Origin: Cellvibrionales bacterium
Lineage (GTDB): Bacteria > Pseudomonadota > Gammaproteobacteria > Pseudomonadales > UBA7434
Assembly: GCA_041941365.1 (NCBI GenBank)
Contig: JBGTQK010000003.1
Location: 7,772 to 71,771, forward strand
Length of the DNA: 64,000 bases
Reading direction: 5' to 3'
A model generated the notes under the pieces. That model saw nothing but the letters and a program-made list of their open reading frames with translations. It searched no databases and was not told the origin of the DNA. Of the stretch, positions 53,197 through 61,389 are shown piece after piece. Made by a program: the position numbers and the translations under genes. Positions within the stretch are counted from its first letter, which is position 1. Every line of letters begins with the position of its first letter.

Positions 53197-53234
53197 TGGT
53201 ATGCATCGTTGTTGCTTATTTATTTTTCTGCTGG

Positions 53235-53579
53235 TTATTTCAATATTAAAGGATTGCTGTTAAATGCGATTCCTTCCCAGCCATATTCTATAAAGTTACG
53301 AATATTTTGGTGGTCCTCTCCATCGGGGTTATTCAGAACATCTTTACGGTAGTAATCACCAAAGCAAGCAAGTGTTTGCTCTTTGTTTAAATCATTCAAA
53401 AGAGCAAAAGCAAAAATTTTACACGAGCCATTATTTGTTCCAGCTTCATTATTGGTAGAACCATTTTTGAAAGCAGTTGGAGTAAATGCATAGTGAGAAT
53501 CAATTACAGAGATTGTATCGTTAAAATCAATAGAGTCAGGGTTTTCACCAAGTTTTTTAAGAAGGGTTTCTTGATTCAT
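53235..53579 (-). CDS. HopJ-family protein
   Basis: About 114 aa. The pattern FNDTI..ID..Y.FTPTAF.NG...N.AG.N.GSCKIFAF..L and the C-terminal HQNIRNF...GW.GI are typical of the HopJ family (PF08888). Confidence 0.7.
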   Translation of the reverse strand: MNQETLLKKLGENPDSIDFNDTISVIDSHYAFTPTAFKNGSTNNEAGTNNGSCKIFAFALLNDLNKEQTLACFGDYYRKDVLNNPDGEDHQNIRNFIEYGWEGIAFNSNPLILK

Positions 53580-53617
53580 AAAAAATAACATCAGGTATTG
53601 AATGAAAGGGGTAAAGT

Positions 53618-54019
53618 TTAAATGAAGAATACTAAAATGGAAATAAGTAAAACAGTTAGTATTCTATAACCCGTTTGAATGAATAACAGTTTTATACCCC
53701 AATTACAAAAAAGATTATCGGATAAAAGTGCAGGAAAAATAATAAGAAAACCCAGAATAACACCAAGACAAACTGCATGGCTTAATGTGTTTATTTCCAG
53801 CCATGAAGATAATAATGAAACACCAAAGGCCATTAAAAAACTGGCAACTATACTGCCTAGCATAGGAATGGTCTGGCTGGGTAATGTTTCTGGCGTTTTA
53901 TTAATACTTGCCATCCAGCTGGGGCCAAATGCAATCGGGCTATACCAGAATGCACCCAGCAACATACCTACTAATGTTCCTGAAAATAGTTCTAGAAAAT
54001 TAATTGATATAAGATCCAT
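53618..54019 (-). CDS. DUF1761-family membrane protein
   Basis: 4 TM segments. The N-terminal motif GMLLGAFWYSPIAFGPSW is characteristic of DUF1761. The start is at MDLISINF (54019) or at 54055. Confidence 0.65.
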   Translation of the reverse strand: MDLISINFLELFSGTLVGMLLGAFWYSPIAFGPSWMASINKTPETLPSQTIPMLGSIVASFLMAFGVSLLSSWLEINTLSHAVCLGVILGFLIIFPALLSDNLFCNWGIKLLFIQTGYRILTVLLISILVFFI

Positions 54020-54110
54020 GAAAACACCTCTTTTTAAACTGTATTGATTTATCAATTATAAATAAAAGGAAAATATAAGACCTTATTTTTAACATTAAAA
54101 TCTTCAAAAT

Positions 54111-54530
54111 TTATTTTCCTGTTTTGTTATGCCTGGTTTGATATTTAATTAAAAAGTAATCTGAAATACCCCCTATTAACGCTCCTATAAAAAGACAGAC
54201 CAGATCACTTATCAGAAAGCCAAAACCCAAGATTAAGCCGCCTAGTGTTGTATTACGAATGCTATTAATCCATGGTGCCTGATAGAATTGCGAGAATTCA
54301 ATACTGTAAGAAAAAAAGACAGTAGCGATAAAGAGGTATACAGTTTTTGTTTTGGGGAAGGCCAGGCAGAAAATCCAATAAACCATTAATGCTCATAAAG
54401 TATCTCCTCCATAGGTAACAATAAAATCGGGTAAAGGTAGAGTTTTTGAGCGAGAAAATAAACCACAGACTAACGTTACTATTGAGAGTATAAAATAAAG
54501 AAAGAAATGGCGTTTAACTATATAGCCCAT
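54111..54530 (-). pseudogene. DUF2809-family membrane protein interrupted by one in-frame TGA
   Basis: An ATG at 54530 opens a frame that reads ...VTYGGDTL*ALMVYWIF... The TGA at 54393-54395 is in the same frame as the 91-aa track ORF (54111-54386). The stop sits where this family has a conserved aromatic or Trp residue (GD.LWA..VY). Confidence 0.6.
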
Positions 54531-54563
54531 ATTATTTTAAATCTGCATCAATTTATTTAAGAC

Positions 54564-55799
54564 TCAAATGAAGTATTTATTTAAACGACGTGAAATTAAA
54601 TTTTTTATAGACTCATTGGGTGCACATTGTATCGCAAGCTCTGCATAATGTTTTGCTTTATCTTTATTAAAGCTGCGGGCGTATAAATCAGCGGCTACTG
54701 TTAACCATAGGTAGGATTCAGTCATCCATGTTGGCGGCTCAACTTCAAATAACAGGTTTAACCCGGCTTGTGGCCCTTTCCATTCTGCTAATGCTACAGC
54801 ACGATTAAGTCGATAATGGTAAGAGGTAAATAAGTTTTCCAGTTGTTGGTAGTATAGAAAAATGGCTTTCCAGTCAGTTTTTTCGAAACTTGGTGCACGA
54901 CAGTGTTCAGCAGCAATAGCTGCTTCAAGATGGTATCGACTCAAATGATCACCTTCTGCTGAACTGGTGAGATATTCAAAACCCTCTGCAATTAATGCCT
55001 GGTTCCAACAGGACCGCTGCTGCTCTTCCAATAACAACAGATCACCATTATCTAATCGACGACTATTCATTCTAGCCAAATTAAACGTCATTAACGCCAA
55101 TAGCGCCATAACCTCAGTGTTATTTCCAATAGTGGTTTTTGCGATTATTTTTAATAAGCGGATTGTCTCTTCACATAAATCCAGACGGATAGATTCATCC
55201 TGAGAATAGGAGAGATAACTCTCATTAAATAACATATACAGCACGCAAAGGACAGATGCTAATCTTACGCTGGATTTTTCAATAGGCAGAGAATTAAAAT
55301 AAGCCGATTTAGTACGCAATAGATCACGTGCACGTTGATAGCGTTTATGAACATTAGCCTCGGATATAAATAAACGCAAAGCAATTTCTTTAATACTGAA
55401 ACCGCAAATGACTTTAAGTGCAATGACCCAGCGAGACTTTTCTGGAATTTCCGGGTCGCAACAGATAAAGAGCATATGCAACAAATCATGCTCTTTATCG
55501 AGATCAGTTATGTTGGAAACCTGAAAAGAATCTAAAGCAGAAAGCAGTTCTGGCTCTTCCAGAGAATCCAGAGGTTGCCGCTTACGTAATTCGTCAATTA
55601 AGTGATTGTAAGCAACACGATACAGCCAGGCTTGTGGTTTTTCTGGTTGGTCTGTTCGCCACACTTCCATTGCTTTTAACAAGCTGGTCTGTACCGCATC
55701 TTCTATTAATTCAAGATGCTGAACACCAATTTTTCGGCTAAGCGTGGCAACCAGGTTGGCGTACTCATGCCGAAAAAAATGTTCGTCATCAATTATCAT
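54564..55799 (-). CDS. ECF sigma factor with a long C-terminal TPR-like extension (ECF42-type)
   Basis: 411 aa. Sigma region 2 (AWLYRVAYNHLIDELR) and region 4 (FSIKEIALRLFISEANVHKRYQRAR) precede a roughly 230-aa extension (YHLEAAIAAEH...LNRAVALAE). Its start overlaps the stop of the YciI-like gene. Confidence 0.8.
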   Translation of the reverse strand: MIIDDEHFFRHEYANLVATLSRKIGVQHLELIEDAVQTSLLKAMEVWRTDQPEKPQAWLYRVAYNHLIDELRKRQPLDSLEEPELLSALDSFQVSNITDLDKEHDLLHMLFICCDPEIPEKSRWVIALKVICGFSIKEIALRLFISEANVHKRYQRARDLLRTKSAYFNSLPIEKSSVRLASVLCVLYMLFNESYLSYSQDESIRLDLCEETIRLLKIIAKTTIGNNTEVMALLALMTFNLARMNSRRLDNGDLLLLEEQQRSCWNQALIAEGFEYLTSSAEGDHLSRYHLEAAIAAEHCRAPSFEKTDWKAIFLYYQQLENLFTSYHYRLNRAVALAEWKGPQAGLNLLFEVEPPTWMTESYLWLTVAADLYARSFNKDKAKHYAELAIQCAPNESIKNLISRRLNKYFI

Positions 55800-56158
55800 T
55801 AAAGCTTATGGATTTCCCTTATTTCTACCGATGTATTCGCATCAAGAGAAGCTGCAACGGGTGGGCATTCGTGAGTGATTTTTACAGCTTCTTCCAGGTT
55901 CTCAGCGCTTACCAGCATATAACCGCCAACAATTTCTTTTACCTCGGTAAAAGGCCCGTCAACAATACCGTTAGCCGTTAATACTTTTCCTTCACCGAGT
56001 TTGCCGCCCATATCTTCAATATTTGAAGCAAATTTTTCCTGCCATTTCTGAAATTTCGCGTACATTTCGTCCATTTGGCTGGCCGATGGCTGGTCTGGAG
56101 CAGGTTCATCACATCCGCCTTGTTCATTGCGAAGGATGCACATATAGAGTTTTGACAT
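55799..56158 (-). CDS. YciI-like / DGPF-domain protein
   Basis: 119 aa with a DGPF motif (IVDGPFTEVKEIVGGYMLV). A strong AAGGAG Shine-Dalgarno lies before the ATG at 56158. It is the typical partner of ECF42 sigma factors. Confidence 0.78.
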   Translation of the reverse strand: MSKLYMCILRNEQGGCDEPAPDQPSASQMDEMYAKFQKWQEKFASNIEDMGGKLGEGKVLTANGIVDGPFTEVKEIVGGYMLVSAENLEEAVKITHECPPVAASLDANTSVEIREIHKL

Positions 56159-56279
56159 TAGGATCTCCTTTATCAATTAAGAGTTAAAATACAGAGCATT
56201 ATTCTGCATTTATATGACGATCGTAATGTACAGTTTTGGACACTCGCAAACAAATAATTTATGAAGAAAGCTTTATGGA

Positions 56280-57071
56280 TTAAGTAAGGGCAGAAAGAAA
56301 AGGTTGAACTGTATCCATAAACTGTTCGGGCATTTCGGCAAAAGCAGCATGGCCACAAGGGAAAGTGACAAACTCTGCCAGAGGAATGGACTCTTTTGCA
56401 GCTTTACCATCTTTGTTGGCAGGAATAGCCGGGTCTTTCTCACCAAAAACAAGCAGGGTAGGTGCGGTTATGTTTTTTGCGGATTGTCTTAAATCGTTAT
56501 CGGGTGCTATAAAGTCTCGCCACATTGCGCGATTAAGTGAAATACACTCAGGAGTTGCCTGAAGAGTAGAGGCTCGCTCTAGCATAGCAGAGGTAACATC
56601 AGTTTTGGTTTTCAGGTATAGGCTGGCCCAGAGCTTGGGCGTTAAAGAAAATCGACTGCCCTGAAGTTTACAAAATGAACGAGTTATAACATTATGAGGT
56701 GTAAAGCCACCCGGAGAAACCAGTATAAGCCCACGCACGCGATTGGGCGATTTAATGGCTAATTGTGTCGAGACGTTCCCACCAATTGAGTTTCCAATAA
56801 AAAATGCAGAAGTGATATCTAACGAATCAAGAAAGTCGCATAAAATTTGGTAATAAAGCGATACAGTCGCAAGCTCCGGTTTTTTCAGCGCAGACGACTG
56901 ACCATAGCCGGGCCAGTCTAAAGCCAGCACACGATAGTTTTCTGAAAGTGTGGAAATAACGGCATCATAATCTTTACTATCGCCAGGGTTTGCATGTAAT
57001 AGAATAATCGGAGCGCCTTGGCCTCTTTCTGAATAATAAACATTGCCTGTAGATAATTTTATGTGCGGCAT
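56280..57071 (-). CDS. Alpha/beta-fold hydrolase
   Basis: 263 aa. HG-type oxyanion region ILLHANPG, nucleophile elbow GNSIGG and a C-terminal His (CGHAAF). Confidence 0.8.
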   Translation of the reverse strand: MPHIKLSTGNVYYSERGQGAPIILLHANPGDSKDYDAVISTLSENYRVLALDWPGYGQSSALKKPELATVSLYYQILCDFLDSLDITSAFFIGNSIGGNVSTQLAIKSPNRVRGLILVSPGGFTPHNVITRSFCKLQGSRFSLTPKLWASLYLKTKTDVTSAMLERASTLQATPECISLNRAMWRDFIAPDNDLRQSAKNITAPTLLVFGEKDPAIPANKDGKAAKESIPLAEFVTFPCGHAAFAEMPEQFMDTVQPFLSALT

Positions 57072-57131
57072 AAGACCTCAAGTTATATATTGGATTTGAG
57101 TATCAAGAGTTTATGGAGTAATAAATCTTCT

Positions 57132-57944
57132 TTAGCTTTTAAGAAAATAAATGATATTTTCTATTGTTGCATTATCTTCCAAAGGGCCATTGTGGCCAAG
57201 GCTTTTTGTTAGAAATCTTTGTGAATTGGGCCATAGGTTGGCTATGGTTTCCCCATCAGCAGGCTTAGTGATTTTATCCGTTAAATCATTTACTACAAGA
57301 AGTTCCATCCCTTCGATGGGCTTATAGCATCCAGGGTCACCCTGTTTTGAAATAAGCCCCTGAAACTGGGAAAGAATCAGATGATCGCAGGCGCTTAATA
57401 AGCGTTGTGATGGGTCAAGTTTGCGCTTAATGATTTCCATCGGTGGATAAGGTGTGATAGGCGCGTTAATAAAAACAGCTTTTGGTGTGTGGATTTTTGT
57501 AAGTTGATGAACTGCCATCAGGCACATTGCACCGGCAGAGTGAGCAATAACAGAATGAACACTGGAACCAAATTTTTGGTATATAGTCTGCACATCATTC
57601 ATTAATTGTTCAAAGCTGATCTTTTTACCCGCTGATTCCCCGTGAGCAGTAAAGTCTACAGCAAGTAAGTTATATCCTTTTTGATGAAGAGTTTCAGCCA
57701 TTGGTGCAAGTTGAGCTGCGCACCCGCCCCAGCCGTGAAACATTAATACCAGATTATCTGTATTTCCCCAGTGGTAAGCTACATTCTGGCCGTTTGCTCC
57801 CCAGTAAATTCGTTTCGCCGTTTGCTGAGCCTTGTTTTGTTCTTCAGTCGTTTGAAACGGTATAGGTTTACTTACCATCTTCATAATAAGACTGGCTGCC
57901 AGGGTAGAAGGCATTAGGTTCATAGCTTGTCTAACTAATTTCAT
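57132..57944 (-). CDS. Alpha/beta-fold hydrolase
   Basis: 270 aa. MFHGWGG oxyanion region, nucleophile elbow AHSAGA and a C-terminal GHNG. Confidence 0.72.
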   Translation of the reverse strand: MKLVRQAMNLMPSTLAASLIMKMVSKPIPFQTTEEQNKAQQTAKRIYWGANGQNVAYHWGNTDNLVLMFHGWGGCAAQLAPMAETLHQKGYNLLAVDFTAHGESAGKKISFEQLMNDVQTIYQKFGSSVHSVIAHSAGAMCLMAVHQLTKIHTPKAVFINAPITPYPPMEIIKRKLDPSQRLLSACDHLILSQFQGLISKQGDPGCYKPIEGMELLVVNDLTDKITKPADGETIANLWPNSQRFLTKSLGHNGPLEDNATIENIIYFLKS

Positions 57945-57991
57945 CAGCTATACCTGATAGTCTATGAAGAAAAATGGCTGATAGCGTTGAG

Positions 57992-58474
57992 TTATTTCTT
58001 GGGTTTTGGGCTTATTTTCATGCTGATTTTTGCACTGAAAACTTCATCGCCATTTGTGTCAAAAATGGAAACAGGCATAATCACCTCTTGTGCCCCTTCC
58101 CAATCATAGCTCTCCACTTTACAAACAGCACGCAAATCAGTTTTAGCCATTTTCAGGTATTTTACTTCCATTCCAACAGGAATCCATCGGTAATCGGCGT
58201 TCAGGGAAATATCAATACAGAAACCACCTACTAGCTCAGCTGCATTACACATTGCAATTGCATGAACTGTTTTAATGTGGTTATGAACAGCCCTTCTTTT
58301 TTTCATGGTTATCTCAACATGGCCGCGTTCCATAACAGTGAATACTGGTTTAATCGTGCTGAAATAAGGCGCTATAAAGCAGACACCTTTACTGACAACC
58401 CAACGACCAAAATTAGTGTGACCTATTTTATTCCATAAAGTTAATGCCTGGTTTTTTGGGGGTTTGTAAGCCAT
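57992..58474 (-). CDS. Hotdog-fold protein (DUF4442 / YiiD C-terminal-like)
   Basis: The pattern NHIKTVHAIAMCNAAELVGG...RWIPVGMEVKYLKMAKTDL is typical of DUF4442 thioesterase-like proteins. Confidence 0.68.
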   Translation of the reverse strand: MAYKPPKNQALTLWNKIGHTNFGRWVVSKGVCFIAPYFSTIKPVFTVMERGHVEITMKKRRAVHNHIKTVHAIAMCNAAELVGGFCIDISLNADYRWIPVGMEVKYLKMAKTDLRAVCKVESYDWEGAQEVIMPVSIFDTNGDEVFSAKISMKISPKPKK

Positions 58475-58478
58475 ATCA

Positions 58479-58910
58479 TTAGCTCCTTTCTGAAAAAATA
58501 TCTGTAATGTGGTTTAAAAAACGGGAAACGGTATCGAGCTCTTCTTCATTAAAGCCTTCACATATAAGTGCATTGGCCTGTTTTATAAGTGGCTTGCCTC
58601 TATCAATCATTTGTCTGCCTTTACTGGTTAGCCTGATTTGCGAGGCGCGTGAATCGGTTTTGCAAACGGTTTTTTCAACCAGGTTCTCTTTAATCATGCG
58701 TTGAACCAGACCAGTTATTGCTGATTTATCTAACATTAACATTCTGGCGAGATCTTTCATTTGGCAGTCATTAGACTTTTTTAGAGCGAGCAACGTGGTG
58801 AATTGAACAACCGATATACCTAGCCTGGACCGTATATCCTGATCCATGCTTTTCATCATAATGTGTTTGGCTTGATTGATCTGATAAATCAAACGTCTGT
58901 CTTTACTCAT
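58479..58910 (-). CDS. MarR-family transcriptional regulator
   Basis: 143 aa. A winged HTH (VVQFTTLLALKKSNDCQMKDLARMLMLDKSAITGLVQRMIKENLVEK..DSRASQIRLTSKG) is present. Confidence 0.88.
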   Translation of the reverse strand: MSKDRRLIYQINQAKHIMMKSMDQDIRSRLGISVVQFTTLLALKKSNDCQMKDLARMLMLDKSAITGLVQRMIKENLVEKTVCKTDSRASQIRLTSKGRQMIDRGKPLIKQANALICEGFNEEELDTVSRFLNHITDIFSERS

Positions 58911-58929
58911 GGCGCGCGAGTTTAAAAAT

Positions 58930-58953
58930 ATTTAGTTGATATGTCAACTAAAT
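58930..58953. promoter_or_regulatory. Perfect 10-bp inverted repeat, candidate MarR operator
   Basis: ATTTAGTTGA-TATG-TCAACTAAAT lies 20-43 nt upstream of the marR ATG, in the divergent region shared with the DsbA-like gene. Confidence 0.55.
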
Positions 58954-59074
58954 TTCTGGGAAGCCATTAAATTAGCTACTAAAATGCTCTGAAGTTTGGG
59001 TAATTATGTGTAACATAGTAGGGCATAGCATTTTATGGTTTTTATTTTTTGCTTTATTTTTAAGAGCTTACACT

Positions 59075-60478
59075 ATGGCACAACAATTTAAAGAGCAAGG
59101 CGGAGCTGCGACAATGGATCCGTCAGCGATTAAGCGGTGGCTTCTCTCACGTGTGATTACTAGAATCGTCAGTCAGGAGCGCTTGCAAAAACAACGCATC
59201 AAAACCGAGAGAAAGCGGCAACAAGCCGGACTACCACATCGAGTTGAATACTTTCATCAGGTAGAAGATCCTTATAGCCACCTAATGGTACAGGTCTTGT
59301 CACAATTGGTTGAGCGCTACACTATTGAATTGAGTTGCCATTTGGTCGACGGTCCAAAGGGAAACAATATAATGGATAGAGACTTGCTTTCGGGTTGGTC
59401 TCGGTACGATGTAAGCCTTGTTGCTTCTTACTATGGACTAGAGTTTCCTGTGCATGCCGATTCACCCGGTAAAGAGCTTGTTAGAAAGGCTAATGCTCTA
59501 TTGGCTGGCTTGTCATCATCAGACTTTATTTACTTGGCTCAAGATGTTGGTAACGCATTATGGGCAGATGATGAGTACAAGCTGGATTCGCTAGCAAAAC
59601 AATATGGCTTGGCAACAAAAAAAGAAATGGAATCGAAAATAGAGCAAGGAAGTGCTCTTCAAAAACAACGAGGCCATTATTCAGGAGCAATGCTGTTTTA
59701 TGGTGAAGAATGGTATTGGGGAGTTGATAGGCTCTACCATTTAGAAGAACGTTTAACTTCAATAGGAGTAGCGAAGAATCCGAGTAATAGCTTTATCGCA
59801 CCGAGGCCGGCAATAGATACATCTGTCTTACCGAGCACTATAAATAATAAGGAAATTACATTAGAGGTGTTTCCTTCTTTGCGTAGCCCTTATACGGCTA
59901 TTGTGTTTGATCGTGTACTTCAATATGCAGATGAAGCAGGTATAAAGCTGGTTGTACGCCCCGTATTGCCGATGGTGATGCGTGGTGTTCCTGTAACGCG
60001 TCAAAAAGGGTTTTACATCTTTAAGGATACTGCTCGCGAGGCGGTTGCGGAAAATATTCCTTTTGGTAATTTCTATGACCCCATAGGTGAACCAGTAAGA
60101 CGTTGTTATTCGCTTTACCCTTGGGCATGCCAGCAGCAAAAAGGCAATGCATTGATATCCAGTTTTTTAAAAGCTGCTTTTGTTAACGGCATAAACACCA
60201 ATACAGATAGAGGACTAAAAAAGGTTGTCGGGAATGCGGGGCTGGATTGGCAGCAAGCAAGAGAAATAGTCGGTACGGATACAGGCTGGGAAAAAATGTT
60301 AGAGGAGAATAGACTTGAAATGCTAAAGCAGGGTTTGTGGGGGGTGCCGAGTTTTCGTTTGCTCAATGCTAACAATAAGCAAGTGTTAGCAGTATGGGGT
60401 CAGGACAGGTTATGGTTGGTTGCAAAAAAAGTTGAGGAGTTAATAGGGCAACACCTAAAAGCATCTAATGCCACTTAA
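59075..60478 (+). CDS. Tandem DsbA-like / 2-hydroxychromene-2-carboxylate isomerase-family protein
   Basis: Two thioredoxin-like repeats each start with the family motif (VEYFHQVEDPYSH and LEVFPSLRSPYTA). The C-terminal GLWGVPSF is typical. The ATG at 59075 is preferred; the ORF opens at 59006. Confidence 0.7.
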   Translation: MAQQFKEQGGAATMDPSAIKRWLLSRVITRIVSQERLQKQRIKTERKRQQAGLPHRVEYFHQVEDPYSHLMVQVLSQLVERYTIELSCHLVDGPKGNNIMDRDLLSGWSRYDVSLVASYYGLEFPVHADSPGKELVRKANALLAGLSSSDFIYLAQDVGNALWADDEYKLDSLAKQYGLATKKEMESKIEQGSALQKQRGHYSGAMLFYGEEWYWGVDRLYHLEERLTSIGVAKNPSNSFIAPRPAIDTSVLPSTINNKEITLEVFPSLRSPYTAIVFDRVLQYADEAGIKLVVRPVLPMVMRGVPVTRQKGFYIFKDTAREAVAENIPFGNFYDPIGEPVRRCYSLYPWACQQQKGNALISSFLKAAFVNGINTNTDRGLKKVVGNAGLDWQQAREIVGTDTGWEKMLEENRLEMLKQGLWGVPSFRLLNANNKQVLAVWGQDRLWLVAKKVEELIGQHLKASNAT

Positions 60479-60840
60479 AGGCACGATGGACCGCTATGTT
60501 TGATTTCTGTAGAAAGAATTTTTGTTTCAGAATGTCCTATATATATAGACCAGTGTTCTGAGCATATAAGGGGTATAGTTGTACGGCTTATTCGACATAA
60601 GTAGGGCATTGGTTCCTTATTAATTGATTTTGGAATATGATCAACAACCCAGGGTTTAATATCAGTAGAACATTCAAAGCCTTTTTTTTCTATTTTTTTT
60701 ACTGCATCAGCTACATTAATCATATCGTTTAAATAATGGCTTAATTCTTTTTTGCTTTCAATATCATTTTTGCTAAATGGGATGTCGCCTGAACAGCCGG
60801 CAATAAAAAAAATGTATAGAGTAAGTAGAATTAAATTCAT
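60475..60840 (-). CDS. Hypothetical small lipoprotein
   Basis: The start is set at MNLILLTLYIFFIAGC, which forms a lipobox. The mature protein is about 105 aa and shows no recognisable motif. Confidence 0.5.
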   Translation of the reverse strand: MNLILLTLYIFFIAGCSGDIPFSKNDIESKKELSHYLNDMINVADAVKKIEKKGFECSTDIKPWVVDHIPKSINKEPMPYLCRISRTTIPLICSEHWSIYIGHSETKILSTEIKHSGPSCL

Positions 60841-60868
60841 AGGAACACTAACAAATCGCTTCGTTATA

Positions 60869-61174
60869 TCAATCACCACCACCATCCCCTCCAGAAAAAT
60901 CTCCACCGCCAGGTGATAGCTCATGAATGATTGAGTAACCTCTATATTTTTTGATTAAAGCTGAATCCAAACCAAGTTTTTTAGCATTCTCTTCATTACA
61001 CCAAATTGCAATAGCTATCTCTTCTAATTTGCCAGTATATCCAAGCTTTTTTAATGCTGTCAGTACCTGACCTTCGGTATATTCATCAGAACGACCATAA
61101 TCTTTTGCTAAAGTAACGGTCATTTCCTTAAGAAATTTATTCATTCTTTTTTTTGCAAAATAATCTTTAAACAT
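60869..61174 (-). CDS. Hypothetical 101-aa protein with a Gly/Asp-rich C-terminal tail
   Basis: The ORF encodes a helical, K/E-rich body and ends in SPGGGDFSGGDGGGD. I did not recognise a family. Confidence 0.45.
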   Translation of the reverse strand: MFKDYFAKKRMNKFLKEMTVTLAKDYGRSDEYTEGQVLTALKKLGYTGKLEEIAIAIWCNEENAKKLGLDSALIKKYRGYSIIHELSPGGGDFSGGDGGGD

Positions 61175-61290
61175 TAATTCTTTCTATAGTTTTATTGGAG
61201 TTGAGTAATTTTCTTTATTTTAACTTATCAACTTTACCTTCTAATTACTTTAAATTCTTTCAGATCCAGGCATTTAACGTTCATTATTTG

Positions 61291-61316
61291 CACTGCATCA
61301 GTAAATATTGATGCAG
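61291..61316. promoter_or_regulatory. 9-bp inverted repeat in the divergent promoter region upstream of the ArsR-methyltransferase regulator gene
   Basis: ACTGCATCA-N8-TGATGCAGT lies about 75 nt upstream of the 61390 ATG. No gene runs into it on the plus strand, so an operator fits its position better than a terminator. Confidence 0.4.
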
Positions 61317-61389
61317 TTAACGGTTTTTTGAGACCAAAAGCTTTAATTTTACGTATTCTATATTGATTTTTTTTGATATTGTTTGGTTC

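Noticed and set aside
53235-53579. The HopJ-family gene as evidence of a type III secretion effector or pathogenicity island.
   Set aside because: The family name is historical. Such small proteins are widespread in bacteria that lack a T3SS, and no T3SS, chaperone or hrp-box features are nearby.
54393-54395. The in-frame TGA in the DUF2809 gene as a selenocysteine codon.
   Set aside because: The position corresponds to an aromatic or Trp residue in the family, not Cys. I see no SECIS-like hairpin immediately downstream. A TGG to TGA nonsense change or a sequencing error is the simpler explanation.
50400-61200. The accessory-looking stretch as a genomic island or mobile element.
   Set aside because: There is no integrase, transposase, flanking tRNA or bounding direct repeats. 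By eye I see no obvious compositional break across the stretch, apart from the 51895-53130 gene, which looked somewhat more GC-rich (not computed). I treat it as ordinary variable chromosome.
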